DNA of 64,000 nt from assembly GCA_043753565.1 (NCBI GenBank), contig JAYUWM010000074.1, forward strand, positions 25,273 through 89,272, in the 5' to 3' direction. Position 1 is the first letter of the stretch. Every line of letters begins with the position of its first letter. Positions 47,529-55,579 of the stretch are shown here, in pieces. The notes under the pieces were generated by a model. The model was not told where the DNA came from. It was given only the letters and a program-made list of their open reading frames with translations, and did not search any database. This DNA is from a bacterium. Lineage in GTDB: Bacteria > Patescibacteriota > Saccharimonadia > Saccharimonadales > SZUA-47. Position numbers and translations under genes: made by a program.

Positions 47529-48482
47529 CTAAGCATCTACTTTGTGGGTAATGCAAGGTATTATTTCGCCACCTAAAATCACCCCTACTGTATCACCTAT
47601 ACGCAAGCCTAGCATTTCAATAAACCCAGGGTTATTAAGAGTTGCACGAGATACTAGTTTGTCGCCAATCATAACAGGTTTAAGAACGGCTACAGGCGTG
47701 ACCTTACCACTTTTGCCTACGCCCCATTCTACTGACAGAATCTGAGTTTCTACTGCCTCTTGTCTGACTTTTTTAGCGTAAGCACCATGAGGGAACTTAC
47801 TTGTGTACCCCATACTTTCAAATAGTCTATTGCTATCAACACGAAGTACGACACCGTCACACTCATAGATATTATGTAATTCACTATCGAAAATAGTATT
47901 AAAGCCAAGAGCTTTGAGATTTTGAATATCACGGGTATATGTATCTTCTGTATAAGGTATTACGCTATAAGCGAAAAAGCTAATAGCTCGGGTACAGAAC
48001 TCAGCAGTGTCTTTTAGGTTTAACGCACCACTTGCGTAGTTACGACTATTAGGTACTTCTTTAGGGGCTACAATCTCACCCGTTACTTGAAAAGTACCAG
48101 TGTTAGCAACTGTTAAAGGTACTAGGTCTTTACGAGCAATTACTTTTGCAGTAATGTCTGTACCTTCTGTACCGTCACCACGAGTAAGTGCCTGTACTAG
48201 TTCGCCTTCAATATAAAGCAGGCTTATGGCTGCGCCATCAAGTTTAGGGGTACATACTTTGTTAGGAATGTCTGCTAAAGGGACCGCACCCTCGTCTTCG
48301 TAGTATTTTTTCAGGCTGTACATAGGGTACAAATGCTTGCTAATATTCTCGTGCTGTTTTGCACCTACTTTAGCGTATCCAATCGAATCAGCTAAACGGT
48401 CAAATACTTCGTCACTAATAATAGGGGTTCCAGAGTAGTAAGATATAGACGCCTCGTCCAAATATATTTTAATTTTGTTCAT
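47529..48482 (-). CDS. NAD-dependent DNA ligase, N-terminal piece (adenylation + OB fold)
   Basis: N-terminal YY.G.P.ISD.(E/V)(Y/F)D, nucleotidyl lysine motif KLDG, and RGDG. Confidence 0.8.
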   Translation of the reverse strand: MNKIKIYLDEASISYYSGTPIISDEVFDRLADSIGYAKVGAKQHENISKHLYPMYSLKKYYEDEGAVPLADIPNKVCTPKLDGAAISLLYIEGELVQALTRGDGTEGTDITAKVIARKDLVPLTVANTGTFQVTGEIVAPKEVPNSRNYASGALNLKDTAEFCTRAISFFAYSVIPYTEDTYTRDIQNLKALGFNTIFDSELHNIYECDGVVLRVDSNRLFESMGYTSKFPHGAYAKKVRQEAVETQILSVEWGVGKSGKVTPVAVLKPVMIGDKLVSRATLNNPGFIEMLGLRIGDTVGVILGGEIIPCITHKVDA

Positions 48483-48526
48483 AAGATATATTATATACTA
48501 TTAGGCAGACTAAAGCAAATACAAAT

Positions 48527-49507
48527 TTACTGTAGCCCAAGGAACCATTTGCGGGCTGCACTAGCGGCTGTAGAAGTTACATCTTTACTAGTAAAGCCAC
48601 TGGCCGCTAACGTATCGGACTCTTCTTTAAAGATATCAGACATAACCCACTTAATGAAGACCCCTGTATTTTTAGGGTCACGACTTTCAACGTGCTCTAG
48701 ACCTTGTAGTAGTCTAGGCTCTGTAACTACTTTATCTACAAACTCACGGATTGAGGCAATTTTTTCAACGTCAACAGCTGCTAAAGTACTAACCTTAGAA
48801 CTAGAGTGCTTTTCTCCTTTTACTTTAAACCTTAGCGTGTTGCCTTTATACACGGTAGTCCATACTACCCCTTCTCCTACAAGCTCCCCAGCAAAATCAG
48901 CGCCTAGTAGTTGACGCGCAACTGGGCAGTCCTGCTCTACTAGATTAGTTTGGTATATTAATCCTGCTTGTGCTAGCTCCGGAATGTTAAAGTTAACCTT
49001 AATGGTATAGTTAGGAAACTGGTAGATACTAAGAAGTACTCCGCCGCACGCGTCTAGAACTTCTTGGCTAGACAGGAATTTTTGGGAGTCTGAGTTCTCA
49101 GAGATACGAATAGCAAATACAACAAACATTTTAGGAAGGTTATTAAGGCCTACGCTTTTTTGAATGTTGCCACCACAAAACTCGCCAAATATTTGTACAG
49201 TATCTTGAGCAGTTAAGGTATGCTGGGTCTGTATGTTAGCAAGAACCTGCGTAAATAAAGGCCTATTAGCGTAACTCCAAGTACTAGACCCTGCATTGTC
49301 GTCTTCTGGAGTAGTAACACGTTCACGGCTTTGTGTATACATAATACCTAAAGGTGAGAAACATACCGCGTGATTAGTTCCGTGTAGTTTAACCGTACCG
49401 CTGAAGTTTAGGGTCGGAAGGGGTTCATTGTGAAACTTGGCGGTATCTTTAACGTGTTTAATAACACTGCGAAATTGATCAATAGAAGGAAAAGAAATGT
49501 GTCTCAT
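48527..49507 (-). CDS. Rnl2-like RNA ligase
   Basis: Motif I VKLHGTN (compare EKIHGTN of T4 Rnl2), III FGEFCG, IV GEGVVW, V RFKVKGEKH. Confidence 0.65.
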   Translation of the reverse strand: MRHISFPSIDQFRSVIKHVKDTAKFHNEPLPTLNFSGTVKLHGTNHAVCFSPLGIMYTQSRERVTTPEDDNAGSSTWSYANRPLFTQVLANIQTQHTLTAQDTVQIFGEFCGGNIQKSVGLNNLPKMFVVFAIRISENSDSQKFLSSQEVLDACGGVLLSIYQFPNYTIKVNFNIPELAQAGLIYQTNLVEQDCPVARQLLGADFAGELVGEGVVWTTVYKGNTLRFKVKGEKHSSSKVSTLAAVDVEKIASIREFVDKVVTEPRLLQGLEHVESRDPKNTGVFIKWVMSDIFKEESDTLAASGFTSKDVTSTAASAARKWFLGLQ

Positions 49508-49514
49508 AAAGTAT

Positions 49515-49543
49515 ATTATAAAGGATTAAGCAACTATTTGCAA
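49515..49543 (-). promoter_or_regulatory. promoter TTGCAA-17-TATAAT, 7 nt upstream of the ATG
   Basis: -10 at 49520-49515, -35 at 49543-49538. No SD before ATG 49507. Confidence 0.5.
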
Positions 49544-49545
49544 TA

Positions 49546-49728
49546 TCAATAATATTGAACTAAACTCATAACTTCCGATACAGTTTCTTTAACAAGCCTA
49601 GTGTGGCCGCTATTATAGACTAAAATACTTCCACTTTGGTGGTTGTTATCATAAATTTCTAATAACTGTTCAGCATTTACTTTCATAGGGAGACCTGTAT
49701 CTAGCTCCGTTAGTGGTATAAACTTCAT
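49546..49728 (-). CDS. hypothetical protein
   Basis: 60-aa ORF abutting the next gene. Confidence 0.45.
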   Translation of the reverse strand: MKFIPLTELDTGLPMKVNAEQLLEIYDNNHQSGSILVYNSGHTRLVKETVSEVMSLVQYY

Positions 49729-50004
49729 TTAATTTACCTTAAAATGTTTTGCTACTATTTGAGCAGCTTCTTCTTTAGATACAATTTCCATAAGCCCGTC
49801 TAGTAGGCTAAGAATGTTAGAGATGCTTGCTTCCATACTTACACCCTCGCGGCTAGCTTGGTAGTCGCCTTCGTATGTTTGAAAGTATTTACGGATGTGC
49901 ACGTACTGTTTGCCACGAAACTCATTAACTACCAACCTTAGCTGGTAGAACTTATCCTCATTACTATAAACGAGTTTTTCGTACAGTTCTGGTTCTTCAT
50001 TCAT
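49729..50004 (-). CDS. PC4-like ssDNA-binding protein, putative
   Basis: ...YQLRLVVNEFRGKQYVHIRKYF... resembles the p15/PC4 beta-sheet motif. Confidence 0.45.
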   Translation of the reverse strand: MNEEPELYEKLVYSNEDKFYQLRLVVNEFRGKQYVHIRKYFQTYEGDYQASREGVSMEASISNILSLLDGLMEIVSKEEAAQIVAKHFKVN

Positions 50005-50615
50005 ATACGTACCCCAATTTCTCTAAGATGCTCAAGCGAAGCTAGTTCGTAGGCTTCGGTATTCATACTCTGCTGCCATTTCTCTGCTAGCAACCAGCAC
50101 CGATAAATATACCCATACCTGTCTGTAAGAGTTTCTAAGTCTACACGAGCTAGGGAATCGTATCGTGTAGAGTAAACGATCTCACCTACTTTGAAGCGGA
50201 TACGGGTAGCTCCGTCGGGAACTAGCTCTGGTTTAAAGTAGTCGTGCGAGGTTGCGCGTAGCGGCACATCATTAACTTCTAGGATAGTTTTAACAAATCC
50301 CGCACTACGGTAAATAGATTTAGAAATAGCATCAACTGTAGAGCCTTCAAGGTACTCTTGAATAGCGTAAACAATCTCGTCTTTTGTAGCAGCCTTACCA
50401 CGTAGAGCAGCCCTACGTGACGCATCTCGGGCTTTGTTTTCTTTGTACTTGTCAATTAAAACTGCTAAGCGTGTGACGTTGTAGGCAATACCTAAAATTG
50501 CGCACGCGTCTTTTTTAGTAATAGGCTTGCCTTCTACAGGCTCAAGCCCTGCAATCACGCGCTCAAAGTGCGCCTCGTCTAGTCTCTCGTTATCATTCTT
50601 AGCGCGTGTTGCCAT
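50001..50615 (-). CDS. hypothetical DNA-binding protein
   Basis: 204 aa with an HTH-like KKDACAILGIAYNVTRL segment. Confidence 0.45.
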   Translation of the reverse strand: MATRAKNDNERLDEAHFERVIAGLEPVEGKPITKKDACAILGIAYNVTRLAVLIDKYKENKARDASRRAALRGKAATKDEIVYAIQEYLEGSTVDAISKSIYRSAGFVKTILEVNDVPLRATSHDYFKPELVPDGATRIRFKVGEIVYSTRYDSLARVDLETLTDRYGYIYRCWLLAEKWQQSMNTEAYELASLEHLREIGVRI

Positions 50616-50623
50616 TATTTATC

Positions 50624-50803
50624 CTATGGGTTGGTTCTATGAAAGTTTCCGCAATTAGGACAGTGTAGTCCTTTAATCTTAGTACCTTCGTCTGTTCTAT
50701 CTGTGTATTTATCTTCTTGAGGAGTGTACTCAACAATAGCACTACAATGATAACAAGTAAACTGTTTAAGAACTTTTTTGTCGTATCTGATAACTGTTGC
50801 CAT
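50624..50803 (-). CDS. zinc-ribbon protein (59 aa)
   Basis: CYHC...CPNC pairs. Below the ORF-track cutoff; a promoter lies directly upstream. Confidence 0.5.
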   Translation of the reverse strand: MATVIRYDKKVLKQFTCYHCSAIVEYTPQEDKYTDRTDEGTKIKGLHCPNCGNFHRTNP

Positions 50804-50827
50804 ATTATATTAATTTCTTTAAAAGAT

Positions 50828-50856
50828 AATTATATCAAAGATCTAGCTTAGGGTCA
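50828..50856 (-). promoter_or_regulatory. early-type promoter TTGACC-17-TATAAT
   Basis: -35 at 50856-50851, -10 at 50833-50828. Confidence 0.65.
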
Positions 50857-50861
50857 ACTTA

Positions 50862-51014
50862 TTAAATATAGTGGTTACCGAATGCGCAATAAATTTTAAA
50901 CCAACGTACAGGCTTGTTACGCACATGGTATGTGTTAACTTTAAAGCTAAAAGTCTCAGGACCTATTTGAAGGTGCCTAGTACCAAACCTAATGTTAAAA
51001 AGAAGATCACTCAT
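50862..51014 (-). CDS. small hypothetical protein (50 aa)
   Basis: Start trimmed to ATG 51014, which overlaps the glutaredoxin stop by 8 nt. Confidence 0.4.
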   Translation of the reverse strand: MSDLLFNIRFGTRHLQIGPETFSFKVNTYHVRNKPVRWFKIYCAFGNHYI

Positions 51015-51261
51015 ATTTAAGATACTTTTGTAGTTCCAGGAATCCACCAATGTGCTTAGTACCTACAAAGATTTGAGGTACTGAGGTTGCGTTAGGGGCT
51101 TTGTCTTTTAGGTGAGTAACTGGAACGTACTGCTTACCGGGCTCGTGCTTTTGCCCTACGTTAAGAACGAGTTCTACATAGTCGTGCTTTTTTAGTTTAA
51201 TTAATGCTTTAGCTTGTTCACAGTACGTGCAATTAGGTTTGGAGTAAATAGTAAAATTCAT
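51007..51261 (-). CDS. glutaredoxin / NrdH-like redoxin
   Basis: CTYC active site, ...VPQIFVG.KHIGGF. Confidence 0.75.
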   Translation of the reverse strand: MNFTIYSKPNCTYCEQAKALIKLKKHDYVELVLNVGQKHEPGKQYVPVTHLKDKAPNATSVPQIFVGTKHIGGFLELQKYLKYE

Positions 51262-51431
51262 GTATTTTTCTGGAGTTTGGCGCAGGTTAAAAATCCGGCA
51301 GTTGTAATATAGACTAACAATGCTTTGAAATTGATAGATACTTGAGGTACGGGGCTAATTACAGCAGTAGTGTCGTAATGCACAATGGGGGCTTCCATAC
51401 AGATTTTGTGAGCTTCTGAGAAGTACTTCAT
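51258..51431 (-). CDS. small hypothetical protein (57 aa)
   Basis: ATGA overlaps at both ends. Below the ORF-track cutoff. Confidence 0.45.
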   Translation of the reverse strand: MKYFSEAHKICMEAPIVHYDTTAVISPVPQVSINFKALLVYITTAGFLTCAKLQKNT

Positions 51432-51823
51432 ACTGCTAATCTACCATGAGTTAAGTTAATTTCAGTGTTTGTATAGGGAAGAAACTCTTTCCAGATGTTT
51501 AACCAAGGGCCTCTAAAAGAGATAGCCCATGTGGTATCTGCAATTCCTTCTACTTTATGAAACCGCTCTCTGGGTGTGTAGATACAGTTTAGGGACGGTG
51601 TATATACACACTGAATAGGTTTGCCTGAGTTTTTAACGTACTCTAACAGCTTGCCTTTTAAGACCCACGATACCGCATTAAATGCGTGCGTATGGTAAAC
51701 TTCTCTGCTACCTTTATCAAATCGTAGTAAGACAATGGAGAAGAACATTTTAGACTCTATTAGCCAGTATCCTGTTACTTTAGACTCATGGCCCCCGTCT
51801 TTTGCTTTAAAAAATAATTTCAT
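51428..51823 (-). CDS. hypothetical protein
   Basis: 131-aa ORF; a His-rich beta-type region (VYHTHAFNA) may be cupin-like. Confidence 0.45.
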   Translation of the reverse strand: MKLFFKAKDGGHESKVTGYWLIESKMFFSIVLLRFDKGSREVYHTHAFNAVSWVLKGKLLEYVKNSGKPIQCVYTPSLNCIYTPRERFHKVEGIADTTWAISFRGPWLNIWKEFLPYTNTEINLTHGRLAV

Positions 51824-51840
51824 ATCTAACCTATAAATGC

Positions 51841-51861
51841 AAAAAGGCAGCCGAAGCTGCC
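51841..51861 (-). terminator. rho-independent terminator
   Basis: Minus-strand stem GGCAGC-UUCG-GCUGCC followed by UUUUU. Confidence 0.7.
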
Positions 51862-51870
51862 TTTTAAGGA

Positions 51871-52233
51871 TTAGGCTGCAAGAACCTTGGTGAAATAAGC
51901 AGCGGCTTTGCCTGTTAGCTTATTAAGAATTTCGTCGTCTGCTTCGGCACCTGCTTTGAGAATTGCAGCTTTCAGCTCAGCAATTTGGTCTTCTTTACTA
52001 ATGCGAGGAGCTTTGTCGCCTGTTTTAGCTTTAGTAGCGCTGGTTGAACCTGCCGCACTAGCGTCTTTCTTCAAGTATACACCTGCCTGAACCAGAATCA
52101 TGCGCACACCATTAGGTGACTGTTCCATTTCTTCTGCAATGGATTTAACCAATTCAGTAGAGTTTTCTGGAGTAGGGCTACCTGATTCGTATTTTTCAAT
52201 AACCAATTTTTTGTCGTCGTCTGTCCAAGCCAT
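51871..52233 (-). CDS. single-repeat paralogue of 45957..46703
   Basis: N-terminal W(T/S)D...V..Y....P.....E..K.IAEE(M/L)..S..(G/S)VR unit. Confidence 0.5.
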   Translation of the reverse strand: MAWTDDDKKLVIEKYESGSPTPENSTELVKSIAEEMEQSPNGVRMILVQAGVYLKKDASAAGSTSATKAKTGDKAPRISKEDQIAELKAAILKAGAEADDEILNKLTGKAAAYFTKVLAA

Positions 52234-52269
52234 TATTAATTTTCCTAGTTGTGTGTTGTTTAAAGATTA

Positions 52270-52298
52270 ATTATACAATATAATTACTAACTATTCAA
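52270..52298 (-). promoter_or_regulatory. early-type promoter TTGAAT-17-TATAATTAAT
   Basis: -35 at 52298-52293, -10 at 52275-52270. Confidence 0.65.
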
Positions 52299-52312
52299 GT
52301 AAGTAATTATAT

Positions 52313-52387
52313 TGGTACTACATAGCAGAGTTGAACTGCTCTTAATGGCTTGAAAAGCCACTGTCCTAACCGATAGACGAATGTAGT
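52313..52387 (-). tRNA. tRNA-Glu(UUC)
   Basis: Acceptor ACTACAT/ATGTAGT, anticodon loop UUUUCAA, T-loop UUCAACU, CCA encoded. Confidence 0.85.
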
Positions 52388-52631
52388 ATAATAAAAGATA
52401 AGATAGTGTGCTATTACGCTAAAAGGGACTTCAGCCTTACCGTTTCCGGGGTGCCTATGTACTTTACCAAGTGGCTCACGCGAGATTCGTATACTAAGCT
52501 AGAAGTTGCGCTGCGTTATTATATACTTTTCTACTTTCAGAAACCTAGATGCCCTTCAGTTTCTTACAGACCCAACGTGCCTTTGCCCTACTCTTTAAAT
52601 GATGGCTGCTTCTAAGCCCACATTCTAACTT

Positions 52632-52726
52632 ACCATATTTAAGTACCCTAGCAGCCCTGAAGCCCTGAAGCCCTGAAGCCCTGAAGCCCTTGCTGTGGTT
52701 TTAACACAAAGGTACTTAAATATGGT
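52632..52726 (-). ncRNA. CCAUAU-type long hairpin H1
   Basis: 16-bp arms accatatttaagtacc/ggtacttaaatatggt. The interior carries (GCCCTGAA)x4. The arm overlaps the CCA of tRNA-Thr. Confidence 0.6.
52654..52690. repeat. octamer tandem repeat (GCCCTGAA)x4 + partial
   Basis: Exact 8-bp repeats inside hairpin H1. Confidence 0.9.
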
Positions 52727-52797
52727 GCCCAGTGTCCGGATTGAACAGACGACCTATCCCTTACAAGGGGATTGCACTACCGCTGTGCTAACTGGGC
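52723..52797 (-). tRNA. tRNA-Thr(UGU)
   Basis: Acceptor GCCCAGT/ACTGGGC, anticodon loop CUUGUAA, T-loop UUCAAUC, CCA encoded. Confidence 0.9.
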
Positions 52798-52808
52798 ACG
52801 TAACTTGT

Positions 52809-53081
52809 TTATACAGATTCTTTAGTTACATCTGTCATTTTTAGCGGGTCAAAACGACGATACATAGTCTTTACATCAAACTTATCACGAATACGTGCAG
52901 CTTCTGCAAGGAAGTCGCTTTTTGCTGCTTCGTTTTCTGCAATGAATAGTCCCTGGTCTTCTACGCTAAGCTCAGAAATATCGACGCCTTCATACATATT
53001 ATTAGGACTAACAGTAACATAAAGAGCACGCTGGCTGGCTTTGTGGTCGGCTTTAGTGTAAGTAAATTGCATGAAGTTCAT
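52809..53081 (-). CDS. hypothetical protein
   Basis: 90-aa ORF downstream of a promoter. Confidence 0.5.
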   Translation of the reverse strand: MNFMQFTYTKADHKASQRALYVTVSPNNMYEGVDISELSVEDQGLFIAENEAAKSDFLAEAARIRDKFDVKTMYRRFDPLKMTDVTKESV

Positions 53082-53109
53082 TGTATTTTGCTTTCTGTGT
53101 TTAAGTATT

Positions 53110-53138
53110 AATTATACAGCGATTTATGTACTAAATCA
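53110..53138 (-). promoter_or_regulatory. early-type promoter TTGATT-17-TATAATTAAT
   Basis: -35 at 53138-53133, -10 at 53115-53110. Confidence 0.6.
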
Positions 53139-53232
53139 AGTCAATATTTAGTGACTAATAGGTGGGTACTTATACCGTCTGTGTAAGTATATATTATACA
53201 GCTTTAAGCAAAACTAATCAACTCTAAAATTT

Positions 53233-53484
53233 TTAATCTTCTTTGAATAGCCCATCATAAACGTGCTTTTGAAAGATTAAACTAAGATAAGGGTGAGTAA
53301 AACTAAAAAACACTAGGGGGGCTGCTATTAAAGCTACTACAAAAAAGGCGAAATATACGGTGCCTTTGTTAAACACTGCAAAGCCTTCTGCCTCTCGCCT
53401 TAAGATAGCAGGTCTTAAGCTAACGATGATTGCGGTAAGTGCTGTTGTTATTGCAAACAGGATATAGAGTAAAACTAACTCCAT
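53233..53484 (-). CDS. membrane protein (hypothetical)
   Basis: 83 aa with two to three hydrophobic helices. Confidence 0.5.
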   Translation of the reverse strand: MELVLLYILFAITTALTAIIVSLRPAILRREAEGFAVFNKGTVYFAFFVVALIAAPLVFFSFTHPYLSLIFQKHVYDGLFKED

Positions 53485-53485
53485 C

Positions 53486-53884
53486 TTAAGCCGGTACTCT
53501 TAGATTAGCCCGCGCTGCAATAGAGAAATAAGACTCTCGCATAGCTTTAGTTTCCGGCTTAAGAGTAGTTCTAGCAGCAACGGGGCTTTGAGCTTGAAGT
53601 GCTGCACGAGAAATCTCAACATTAGCACTCATAATAGCGCGATTAAACTTACCACCAAACAGTTTAAATAGTTTAGCGGCTGCAATCCAGCTTGCTGACC
53701 ACTCTTGATTCACGGGAGTTTTACGACGGTAAACCATGCCCTTTAAGGCAAGCTTTGCCTGCTCGTTATTAGGCTGATTACGGATAGTTCGTTCCAACCT
53801 GGCTTTACGGTTAGTTTCCCAGCGGCGGCTGGTTTTGTAAACTGAAGAGGCTGCGACTGCTGTTTTACTTTTTGCTTTTGACAT
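53486..53884 (-). CDS. basic hypothetical protein
   Basis: 132 aa, Lys/Arg-rich. Confidence 0.5.
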   Translation of the reverse strand: MSKAKSKTAVAASSVYKTSRRWETNRKARLERTIRNQPNNEQAKLALKGMVYRRKTPVNQEWSASWIAAAKLFKLFGGKFNRAIMSANVEISRAALQAQSPVAARTTLKPETKAMRESYFSIAARANLRVPA

Positions 53885-53907
53885 AGGTTTTATTAGAAGT
53901 TAAGTTT

Positions 53908-54315
53908 TTAAGATTCTGCGCCTTGAACCAAGATGTTGTATAAATAGGCTTCTACAACTTCAGGGTCTTGGAATTGTTTGATAACCATACGATGTTTAAT
54001 GTACTTGGCTACGCGTTTTAGGATAAACAAAAGCGAAGAAATTTCCGAACTATCAAAAGGTACTTCATCGCCACCAGATACAACTGTAATCGTCGGAATT
54101 TTCAAGGTTTTAGCTTGCTTAATTTGACTAATAAGTTCGTCTAAAGAATCTACGTGAAATTCTACATACCTATAAGCCGTATCAGATATACTAATTTTAG
54201 TGTCTGTAAAACTTACTGCATAATAAAAGGGTACTCCTGCAGGGCTACGAAACAAGCAGCCGGGGTCTAGTTTAGAAATAGAGTTATCAGGGACAGGACA
54301 GATGAGAAATTCCAT
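53908..54315 (-). CDS. hypothetical protein
   Basis: 135-aa ORF. Confidence 0.5.
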   Translation of the reverse strand: MEFLICPVPDNSISKLDPGCLFRSPAGVPFYYAVSFTDTKISISDTAYRYVEFHVDSLDELISQIKQAKTLKIPTITVVSGGDEVPFDSSEISSLLFILKRVAKYIKHRMVIKQFQDPEVVEAYLYNILVQGAES

Positions 54316-54345
54316 TGTATATTCTTAGTTGGTTATTTAGTTAAT

Positions 54346-54422
54346 TGGTAGATCGACTGGGATTCTAACCCAGGATCAACGGCTTATGAGGCCGCTGCTT
54401 TAGGACTCTAAGCTATCGACCT
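54346..54422 (-). tRNA. tRNA-Met or Ile2 (CAU)
   Basis: Acceptor AGGTCGA/TCGATCT, anticodon loop CUCAUAA, T-loop UUAGAAU, CCA encoded. Confidence 0.8.
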
Positions 54423-54428
54423 TTATTT

Positions 54429-54511
54429 TGGTATCCCTGGCCAGATTCGAACTGGCACGCCAAAGGCGGGAGATTTTAAGTCTCCTGTGTCTACCGTTCC
54501 ACCACAGGGAC
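54429..54511 (-). tRNA. tRNA-Leu(UAA)
   Basis: Anticodon loop CUUAAAA, long variable arm CGCCUUUGGCG, T-loop UUCGAAU, CCA encoded. Confidence 0.85.
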
Positions 54512-54517
54512 AAAAGG

Positions 54518-54982
54518 TTACATAGACCAGTAAAATGCTGTAAATGCGTGCTTTACAGCATATGCAATATCTTCTTTTTTATAGTTTTTCAATAGCGGCA
54601 ACTGGATAGTCTCACCGTTTAAGAATTTTTGTGTAGCTCCCGCATTACCGATCTTCTTGCTAAAAGAGTCTGCTGTTGAGCACACATGCACAGCTACGTC
54701 TACCATTGCACCAGAGCTATAGGGGCTAGACTTTTGATAGGCAACGGTCATACCGCCCTTTGGGTGCTCCGGGTCGTAAATATGTACGATGCCTATAGCG
54801 TTATCAGGTTTTTGCGGCTTATTAGCTTCTACTACGTCTGTTTCAAGTACGGGAAAGGGCCAAACAGTATCCGAAGTGCCGGAAGCAAACTCCATACCTG
54901 AAGTGTTTTTTGATGTGCGACTAGGAAAGGCGTTCTGGAATAGTTTAATAAGTTCAGGAGGCAGATTAAGGGGGTTAGTCAT
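54518..54982 (-). CDS. hypothetical protein
   Basis: 154-aa ORF downstream of a promoter. Confidence 0.5.
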   Translation of the reverse strand: MTNPLNLPPELIKLFQNAFPSRTSKNTSGMEFASGTSDTVWPFPVLETDVVEANKPQKPDNAIGIVHIYDPEHPKGGMTVAYQKSSPYSSGAMVDVAVHVCSTADSFSKKIGNAGATQKFLNGETIQLPLLKNYKKEDIAYAVKHAFTAFYWSM

Positions 54983-55007
54983 ATTGTTTTCTGTTTAATA
55001 AGTAATA

Positions 55008-55036
55008 ATTATATCAAAGTTAAGCACACTAATCAA
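55008..55036 (-). promoter_or_regulatory. early-type promoter TTGATT-17-TATAAT
   Basis: -35 at 55036-55031, -10 at 55013-55008. Confidence 0.6.
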
Positions 55037-55566
55037 GTAGATTTTTTAATACCTAGTTTAAGCTCTTCTAGGGAAATAGGTGTATAGTCTTCTAGTTGTT
55101 CCATACATACACATACGTATCTAGGGTCAGGAAGTTTAGTACTTTCAAAGGTTACTACGTTAGAGTGTAAGTGTCCGTGTACATTTACAGGCCAACGACC
55201 TAGGCTATTAACATGCACAGGAATGTGTGTAAGCAGCATACCGTCAAATTGGTGGCTGCCTCTAACGTCTTTAAAGTATTTTACGTACTCTGTTAGTTTT
55301 TCTTTATCGTGATTACCTTTGATAAGCACTTTTTCACCGTTTAGTCTTGCTACGTTAGCTAGTGCTTTCTTGTTAAAAGCTACATCACCTAAAAAGTACA
55401 CTTTATCCGAAGGCTTTACCGTTTTATTATGTTGAGCAATCATATGCTCATCCATTTCATCTATGTTTTTGAAATCACGAAGAACTGTTACACCATCTGC
55501 ACGAGTAAAGGTAATCATTCCTAAGTGTGAAAAATGGTGATCTGAACAGAGAAAAATGTTACTCAT
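55033..55566 (-). CDS. calcineurin-like metallophosphoesterase (Ser/Thr phosphatase-like)
   Basis: Motifs DHHFSH, GDVAF, GNHD, HGHLH. Confidence 0.8.
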   Translation of the reverse strand: MSNIFLCSDHHFSHLGMITFTRADGVTVLRDFKNIDEMDEHMIAQHNKTVKPSDKVYFLGDVAFNKKALANVARLNGEKVLIKGNHDKEKLTEYVKYFKDVRGSHQFDGMLLTHIPVHVNSLGRWPVNVHGHLHSNVVTFESTKLPDPRYVCVCMEQLEDYTPISLEELKLGIKKST

Positions 55567-55579
55567 ATACTACAATAAA

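Noticed and set aside
52406-52615. 69-aa + strand ORF in the tRNA-Glu/H1 spacer, and the similar + strand ORF 57087..57380.
   Set aside because: They lie opposite the uniformly minus-strand transcription. The second runs antisense through tRNA-Gly(GCC). Neither has an RBS or promoter.
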